This document shows positions 57,765 through 64,000 of a stretch of 64,000 nt of DNA, piece after piece. A program made the translations under genes and the position numbers. Source of the DNA: Candidatus Bathyarchaeia archaeon (GTDB lineage: Archaea; Thermoproteota; Bathyarchaeia; 40CM-2-53-6); the NCBI GenBank assembly GCA_049513715.1, contig JBEKVV010000003.1:128001-192000 (forward strand), in the 5' to 3' direction. Below the pieces are notes generated by a model that saw only the letters and a program-made list of their open reading frames with translations, was not told where the DNA came from and searched no databases. Positions within the stretch are counted from its first letter, which is position 1. Every line of letters starts with the position of its first letter.

Positions 57765-59156
57765 TCACATGACCTTCCATTTGGGCTGGATTTCGATTCC
57801 CGCTCTCTTGAGGAGTTTTGATCCTCGTTCTACGGCATTGCTCAAAACACGGTCTTCATCCAATGTCTTGACCACGCGGTTTTGCATCACAACATTGCCA
57901 TCAATAACAACGGTGTCCACATCGGAGCCTTCGGCCGCATAAACCAGATGCGAAACAGGGTCGAAGACAGGTGTCAGATGCGGTTTCCGCATGGCCACCA
58001 GGATCAGGTCCGCTTTCTTGCCCACTTCCAATGAGCCTATCTCGTTATGCATGCCCAACGCTTTCGCTCCGTTGATGGTCGCCATCTCCAACATAGATTC
58101 GGCGTCCGCGGCCAAGGGATCCATCAATCGGACTTTCTGGAGTAGGGACGCGGTTTTCATTTCCCTTATCATGTCGTAGCAGTTATTGCTTGGCCCGCCG
58201 TCGCAACCCAAACCTACATTCACTCCTGCTCGTCTCATCTCGACCACCGGGGCCATTCCGGACGCAATCTTCGTGTTCGAGGATGGGCAGTGTGCAATGC
58301 TTGCGCCTTTCTTGGCGAATATCTTCCATTCTGGCTCCGTCATCCAGACCCCGTGCGCAAAGACTATTGTTGAGTCCAGTAATCCGACCTCATCAACGAA
58401 TTCTCCAGGCAGCTTTCCAAACTCCCGGCGGCAGTATCGCGCATCCTCCTGAACCTCGTTCAGGTGCATTGTGATTCCAGTCCCTAACCTGCGGGCACCT
58501 TCACCAATTTGCTGATACAGTTCTCGGCTGCAGCCACCGAGTGAACGCGCTCCGTACCACACCTTGATTCTTCCGCCAGCGTGGCCGTTCCACTTTTTGA
58601 AATGCCCCTCAACTTGTCGAAGGCAGGTCTCGCCGTCTTCAACCATGCCGGGATGCATTATGCTCGTTTTGCTTCCGTAGCTCGGTAACCCCATCACCGT
58701 TTTGCCGAGTATACCGCGCATTCCAGCTTGCTCCACGGTTTCAGCGATTCCATCAAGGCCGTACCGTTCGTGTAGCAGGCTTTCAAGAAAGGATGTTGTG
58801 CCTGATTTTATCATTTCAAGCATACAAAGCTCCGCACTAGCTCTGCCGTCGTCAGCCTCGAAGTTACCCTGAAGCGGCCACACGAACTTCTGTAGCCAAT
58901 CAATAAGCGACGTATCATCCGCACAACCACGAATCAACGCCTGCGCGAGATGAACATGAGTATCGATTAAACCAGGCAGAATGACCATCCCCCCGGCGTT
59001 CATTTCAAATTCTGCTTTCGCGCCGTTCCTTACTTCTCGTGATTTTCCCACTTTCACGATTCTTGATCCTTCAATCAGGACAGCGCCATCACCTATTACG
59101 CGACGGTTTGCGTCCATGGTGAGTAGTGTTCCGCCGTAAATCAGAATAGAATTCAC
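57765..59156 (-). CDS. amidohydrolase (SsnA/MtaD/Atz-Trz family deaminase)
   Basis: DTHVH, HLNE, AHG, HCPSSN, GCDG. Confidence 0.92.
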   Translation of the reverse strand: MNSILIYGGTLLTMDANRRVIGDGAVLIEGSRIVKVGKSREVRNGAKAEFEMNAGGMVILPGLIDTHVHLAQALIRGCADDTSLIDWLQKFVWPLQGNFEADDGRASAELCMLEMIKSGTTSFLESLLHERYGLDGIAETVEQAGMRGILGKTVMGLPSYGSKTSIMHPGMVEDGETCLRQVEGHFKKWNGHAGGRIKVWYGARSLGGCSRELYQQIGEGARRLGTGITMHLNEVQEDARYCRREFGKLPGEFVDEVGLLDSTIVFAHGVWMTEPEWKIFAKKGASIAHCPSSNTKIASGMAPVVEMRRAGVNVGLGCDGGPSNNCYDMIREMKTASLLQKVRLMDPLAADAESMLEMATINGAKALGMHNEIGSLEVGKKADLILVAMRKPHLTPVFDPVSHLVYAAEGSDVDTVVIDGNVVMQNRVVKTLDEDRVLSNAVERGSKLLKRAGIEIQPKWKVM

Positions 59157-59236
59157 AAGCCACCGACCCTGCTAGCCAAGTACATTGAGGGCTTTATTTG
59201 AACCTCAACACATCAAAGTTTGAAGGATGACTTCCC

Positions 59237-60055
59237 GTGGTAGACTTTCGATCCAAGTCCACAAGACTCCTACTTGCAGCCATTGCACTGATGATTCTGG
59301 CTGGGTCCACCCTCTATTCGGCAGGCCTGTTTTCGGGGTCCGCACACCCTAGACCTTTGCAGGTCGGGGACCGTTGGTTCTACAATGTCGTGTTCCCAGA
59401 TTCGAAGGGGTACAGATTGACTGAGACCGTGCAGGAGGAATTGCAGATCAATGGCACCGAGGTATTAGTTTTCTTTAATGACGATGACCAACATATTTCC
59501 ACGAACTACTTGTGGCTCACAATGGACTGGCATGAGACCAGAACCAGCAGGCCCAGCATCGGTAACTTAAATGCCAGCTCAATAACGATTTTTCAGCCGC
59601 CGATTGAACTCGTCCGCACCCCTCTGCATGTAGGCGACAAGTGGGAAGTCAACAGCACCAGTACCACGATGGCCGTGATCAATGGCGGCACTCAAGTGAG
59701 CGTTTCGCAGATTCGTGAAACGCGACAGACCGTGTCACAAGAACTTACTCGAACGCCGGTCGGGAACATTCAAACCTTCAAAATCACCGTGACCTACTCA
59801 AATTCCCCATACGAGACTTTGTGGTTCAGTAGCAGGCTAGGCCAAATTGTCTACGCCGAGTACTACAATCCACTTGGAGAAGCAGTAACCCAAACGTTGA
59901 CGGGTTACGACCTAAACGAAACTGGAAGCAATTTCAACTCAACTTACAATCCGACTTCAGTTCTAAAGGCATCTACCTCAACTGGGAACGCTCCGGAAGT
60001 TATATCTACAACAAATTCAGCCTTCACTATTGAGTTGAAAATTTCTTATGAGTGA
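59237..60055 (+). CDS. secreted or membrane-anchored hypothetical protein
   Basis: N-terminal hydrophobic helix, beta-rich body (PLHVGDKW, TPVGNIQTFKI). Confidence 0.75.
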   Translation: MVDFRSKSTRLLLAAIALMILAGSTLYSAGLFSGSAHPRPLQVGDRWFYNVVFPDSKGYRLTETVQEELQINGTEVLVFFNDDDQHISTNYLWLTMDWHETRTSRPSIGNLNASSITIFQPPIELVRTPLHVGDKWEVNSTSTTMAVINGGTQVSVSQIRETRQTVSQELTRTPVGNIQTFKITVTYSNSPYETLWFSSRLGQIVYAEYYNPLGEAVTQTLTGYDLNETGSNFNSTYNPTSVLKASTSTGNAPEVISTTNSAFTIELKISYE

Positions 60056-61238
60056 AACGCCAAAGAAAACCCCGAAGACAGTCATTGCAGGAGTCGTAAT
60101 AATCGTGCTGATAATTGCAGCCGGCGTTGCTTACTACTTCACCCAGACCTCGCCTAGCGGGCCGACCATGACAACAAACTCACAGTCCATGACATCTGCA
60201 GCACCCCTAAAAATCGCCATGATTCTGCCAGGAAGAATCGATGACCTTGCTTGGAATCAAGCAGGTTATACTTCGTTCGAGGAACTACTAACAGCACAAG
60301 GTCAGGGCATAAACACGTGCGGATGCTGGATACAGAACCATCAGGAGAAAGCGCAAATCGAGGCTGACATCGCAGACCTCGCAAGCAAAGGCTTCAACCT
60401 CATCATCGGCCACGGTTTCGAATTCCAAGTCCCAGCCCAAGAAGTCGCACCCAATTATCCAAACGTCAACTTCCTCGTCATCGGAGGATGGAACAACTCA
60501 CTACCCAACCTCGCAATCGCTGACGTCAGAACCGACCAGACCGGATATGTTCTAGGCTATCTTGCAGGCACGATGACCAAGACCGACAAGATCGGTTACA
60601 TCATGGGCGCAAGAGTAGCTGAACTAGCTCGCTTCGAACCCAACTTCGCCAAAGGCGCGCAAGATGCAAATCCAAAGATAATCTACACCTACGGCGCACT
60701 TCCAGGTGGAGGTAACGGCATACAACCAGGTGGAAGCATTAGCGTCGTTGCAGTCGGCGACTTCCACGATCTACAAGGAGCTAAAGCGGATGCTGAACTC
60801 ATGGCAAGCCAAGGCATCGACGTCATCGCAACAATGGGAGACGGCGTCGTGCTGGGCACTATCGAAGGCGCAATCGACAAGAATGTTTCATTGATCGGCA
60901 ACGGAGTTGACATAGCCAACAACCCACCCATAGGCGCAGAAAAACTCGTTCTCGGCAGCGGGTCCTGGAAATGGAACGCGGTCTTCACACAATGGCTCAG
61001 CGACGTAGCAGGCGGAAAGCGCAACGGCAAGTACTGGGCGGGCTTCGACAATGCCGGCTTAGAGGTAGAACTTAACGCAAACAATGTTCCCGCAGCTGTA
61101 GTGACAAAGATCCAGAGCATTGAAGCACAGGTGAAGAGCGGCCAAATCAAAACCGACCCACTGGGACCACTGGTCATCGGCTGGAGCAGCTTCATCATAG
61201 CCGCAGTCGTGTCCACACGGTTCCCCACATTCTTCTAG
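60048..61238 (+). CDS. BMP family ABC substrate-binding protein (nucleoside/purine)
   Basis: PGRIDDLAWNQ, IGHGFEF, GYVLGYLAG; N-terminal TM anchor and Thr/Ser linker. Confidence 0.9.
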   Translation: MSETPKKTPKTVIAGVVIIVLIIAAGVAYYFTQTSPSGPTMTTNSQSMTSAAPLKIAMILPGRIDDLAWNQAGYTSFEELLTAQGQGINTCGCWIQNHQEKAQIEADIADLASKGFNLIIGHGFEFQVPAQEVAPNYPNVNFLVIGGWNNSLPNLAIADVRTDQTGYVLGYLAGTMTKTDKIGYIMGARVAELARFEPNFAKGAQDANPKIIYTYGALPGGGNGIQPGGSISVVAVGDFHDLQGAKADAELMASQGIDVIATMGDGVVLGTIEGAIDKNVSLIGNGVDIANNPPIGAEKLVLGSGSWKWNAVFTQWLSDVAGGKRNGKYWAGFDNAGLEVELNANNVPAAVVTKIQSIEAQVKSGQIKTDPLGPLVIGWSSFIIAAVVSTRFPTFF

Positions 61239-61239
61239 A

Positions 61240-62859
61240 ATGAGCCCTCGCTTGAGGACTCCTCTCCTTTTTTTGCTGACCTTAACGAGATGTTCGAAGG
61301 TCTCCAAAACGCAAGAAACGAATCCAGTCGTTGAAATGCGCGGAATCGTGAAGAGATTCCCAGGCGTTCTCGCAAATGATCACGTAGATTTCGATTTACT
61401 GGCTGGGGAAATACATGGCCTACTGGGCGAGAACGGGGCCGGCAAGACCACTCTAATGAATATTTTATACGGTTTCTATCATGCCGACGAAGGAACAATA
61501 CGAGTCTTTGGCAAGCTTGTGTCTCTCCGATCACCATCAGACGCGATAAAATCAGGAATAGGGATGGTGCATCAACAGCTAAAGCTTGTAAGTGACATGA
61601 CCGTCGCCGAAAACGTTGTTCTCGGCCTAAAGTCATCGAAACGATTCCTAACAGACCTTAGTGTGGCCGAGAAAAGAATCAAGGAATTGGGAGAACGCAA
61701 CGGTCTATATGTCGACCCGCGAGCTCAGATCTGGCAGCTATCTATAGGGGAAAAACAGCGGGTTGAAATTCTCAAATCCCTATACCGCGAAGCAAGAATT
61801 CTCATTCTTGATGAACCCACTTCAGTTCTTGCACCAAGTGACGTGAAAGGCTTCTTCGAAGCACTCCGCAAGCTGAGACAAAGCGGCATCTCCATCGTAC
61901 TAATCACGCACAAACTGGACGAGGTTATGGAAATCACTCACCAAGTCACTGTTCTACGCAAAGGGAAGAAGATAGCCACACAACCCACCAGCTCAGTTGA
62001 TCAGCGAAAACTCGCGCAGTTGATGATTGGGGAAGAAATACCAGCCGCCGCTGCCAAAACGCAAACCTCTGCCGGCGAAATTCTCATTCAAATTCAACAC
62101 CTACGAGTCTTTGACGACCGCGGCTTAGAAGCAGTCAGAGACCTAAGCCTCGACCTTCGAAAAGGCGAAATCCTCGGCATAGCTGGCGTTTCAGGCAACG
62201 GGCAAAGAGAACTAGTTCAAACAATCATAGGACTTAGAAAGTCCTCGTCCGGTGCCATAAAATTAGACGGAAAAGACATCACCGGCAAATCCCCGCGGAA
62301 CATCATCAGCTCTGGCGTCGCATACGTCCCAGAAAACAGAAACGAAGACGGCTGCATACCTGACTTTGGCATAGACGAGAACCTCATCTTGAAGGACTTC
62401 GACAAGCCGCCCATATGCAACATGATCTCAACCCGTATCCCCACACTCCTTAACGAGAAAGAAATTCGAAACAGAGCAAAGACCGCAATCAAAGACTTCG
62501 GAATCAAAGCGTTGGGGCCAACCTCAAAGGCAAGATCACTTTCAGGCGGGAATTTGCAGCGACTCGTCCTGGCCCGTGAACTGGCTGGCGAGCCGCGGCT
62601 AATTGTGATTTCTCAACCTACGAGAGGCCTTGACGTGGCAGCTACGGAGTATGTGAGGAGTCTTCTGGTTCAGCAACGAAACAGGGGGGCCGCAGTGTTG
62701 CTTGTTGACGAGGACCTAGCTGAATTGGTCTCAATCTGTGACAGGCTCGCCGTAATGTACAAAGGAGAAATTGTTGGCCTGCTCAGGCCGGACCAGTTCA
62801 AACCTGAGGAAATCGGGCTGATGATGACCGGTGTGAAGAAGATGGCTATTGAGGCGTAG
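61240..62859 (+). CDS. nucleoside ABC transporter ATP-binding protein
   Basis: GENGAGKT, LDEPT, GVSGNGQ, LSGGN, QPTRGLD; true start probably further downstream. Confidence 0.93.
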   Translation: MSPRLRTPLLFLLTLTRCSKVSKTQETNPVVEMRGIVKRFPGVLANDHVDFDLLAGEIHGLLGENGAGKTTLMNILYGFYHADEGTIRVFGKLVSLRSPSDAIKSGIGMVHQQLKLVSDMTVAENVVLGLKSSKRFLTDLSVAEKRIKELGERNGLYVDPRAQIWQLSIGEKQRVEILKSLYREARILILDEPTSVLAPSDVKGFFEALRKLRQSGISIVLITHKLDEVMEITHQVTVLRKGKKIATQPTSSVDQRKLAQLMIGEEIPAAAAKTQTSAGEILIQIQHLRVFDDRGLEAVRDLSLDLRKGEILGIAGVSGNGQRELVQTIIGLRKSSSGAIKLDGKDITGKSPRNIISSGVAYVPENRNEDGCIPDFGIDENLILKDFDKPPICNMISTRIPTLLNEKEIRNRAKTAIKDFGIKALGPTSKARSLSGGNLQRLVLARELAGEPRLIVISQPTRGLDVAATEYVRSLLVQQRNRGAAVLLVDEDLAELVSICDRLAVMYKGEIVGLLRPDQFKPEEIGLMMTGVKKMAIEA

Positions 62860-62861
62860 GA

Positions 62862-63929
62862 ATGTCTAAACTAAAGATTACGCCGAAGCTCGAGGTTTCT
62901 CGTCGAGCGGTACTAATAGTTACGCTCCTAGCCTACGTTGCGTCCCCGTTGGTTATCCTTGCGGTTCTCGCTGCAGCCGGCAGAAGCCCACTGGTTGCAT
63001 TGGACGCTCTCTATCGTGGAACCATCGGCACCGTACCTGGCTTCGCGGAATCACTTGTTCAAGCGACACCGCTGATGTTGCTCGCAGTGGGGCTGGTGAT
63101 TGCTTTCAGAGCCAAGGTTTGGAACATAGGAGCAGAAGGGCAACAGATCTTCGGAGCAATCGTCGTAACTTGGCTCGTTCTCCCTATCCTCAAGGACCCG
63201 TGGCCGGGCTACCTGGTGATTCCTATCGCCCTACTTCTTTCTTGCGTCGGTGGAGGCCTATTTGCGGCCGTGCCCGCAATCATGAAATCGAAGCTTGGAA
63301 TCAATGAAGTAATCACTACTATCATGATGAATTACGTGGCCATTGATGCGTTGAACTGGGTTGTGCGCGGCCCTTTTCAAGACAAGTCTATTCCCGGCAG
63401 CTATCCGGAATCGCCCGTCTTTCCTGAGCAATACTCCTTACCCATTATTCTGACCCATTCATCCGTAACGATAGGGATAGTCATCTCAATCGTCGTGTGC
63501 GTTCTGATGTTCTATGTCCTGTTCAAAACACCACTGGGGTACAGCATCAGAGCAGTGGGGCTCAACCGCTCAGCGGCCAGAACAAGCGGAATCTCGGTAG
63601 ACCGCGTTGTCAACTCAGCTATGATTCTCAGCGGAGCCCTATGCGGATTGGGTGGAGGAGTCTACATCCTCGGAGTCGCACATGAACTGGTCCCCGGCCA
63701 AGCAACAGGAATCGGTTACACGGCAGTCGTCGTCTCTCTCTTGGGGAACGTGCACCCGTTGGGAGTTATCTTTGCCTCGCTCTTCTTCGGCGCACTGATC
63801 TCAGGCATGTCCTCTGTGGAACGTGCGCTCCAAATACCTGAAACCCTCTCGCTCCTATCGCAAGGAATAATCATAGTCCTAATTCTGATCATTCAAATCT
63901 TCGCGAGGTACGAAATCAAGAGGAAGTAA
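62862..63929 (+). CDS. nucleoside ABC transporter permease
   Basis: WNIGAEGQ, NEVITTIMMNY. Confidence 0.93.
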   Translation: MSKLKITPKLEVSRRAVLIVTLLAYVASPLVILAVLAAAGRSPLVALDALYRGTIGTVPGFAESLVQATPLMLLAVGLVIAFRAKVWNIGAEGQQIFGAIVVTWLVLPILKDPWPGYLVIPIALLLSCVGGGLFAAVPAIMKSKLGINEVITTIMMNYVAIDALNWVVRGPFQDKSIPGSYPESPVFPEQYSLPIILTHSSVTIGIVISIVVCVLMFYVLFKTPLGYSIRAVGLNRSAARTSGISVDRVVNSAMILSGALCGLGGGVYILGVAHELVPGQATGIGYTAVVVSLLGNVHPLGVIFASLFFGALISGMSSVERALQIPETLSLLSQGIIIVLILIIQIFARYEIKRK

Positions 63930-63931
63930 GC

Positions 63932-64000
63932 ATGGCAGCAGTCATTGACGCGGCCTCAATTGCCAGTTTCATAGCGGGAGTACTGGAACTCAGTGCACCC
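63932..64000 (+). CDS. second ABC permease, partial at window edge
   Basis: ATG 2 bp after the preceding stop, hydrophobic start, expected operon position. Confidence 0.65.
   Translation, partial: MAAVIDAASIASFIAGVLELSAP

Noticed and set aside
1..64000. CRISPR array or cas genes
   Set aside because: No regularly spaced repeats or Cas motifs seen; the att-like copies are kilobases apart

Overview
Archaeal genomic window, most consistent with Bathyarchaeia or a related TACK lineage (inference from EF-1beta, Cdc48, geranylgeranyl reductase and gene style). 0-5 kb: core genes (Zn-finger, EF-1beta, cdc48, GGR). 5.5-14.3 kb: divergent cluster of acyl-CoA dehydrogenase-etfB-etfA versus membrane protein-Rieske-cytochrome b-FadF/EMO-like Fe-S oxidoreductase-amine dehydrogenase, an apparent ETF-to-quinone-to-Rieske/cytb chain with no cytochrome c. 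14-24 kb: aminotransferase, MBL nuclease, TrxB, two non-canonical carbamoyltransferases around a carbamate kinase. 24-38 kb: accessory efflux/regulator region with gene fragments and several co-oriented tRNA-3'-end scars. 38055-53371: a ~15.3 kb integrative element bounded by a perfect 28-bp tRNA-3'-end direct repeat. It carries an atypical tyrosine integrase, a type III R-M system whose Res subunit is fused to a Schlafen/AlbA_2 domain, two HEPN-motif proteins, a SIR2-like protein, a Replic_Relax-like protein and a purine-rich repeat tract. 53.5-55.3 kb: small membrane ORFs. 55-64 kb: PLP enzymes, amidohydrolase and a BMP-type nucleoside ABC transporter. I found no complete tRNA, rRNA or CRISPR array. 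All family calls come from motif recognition by eye; no searches were run.
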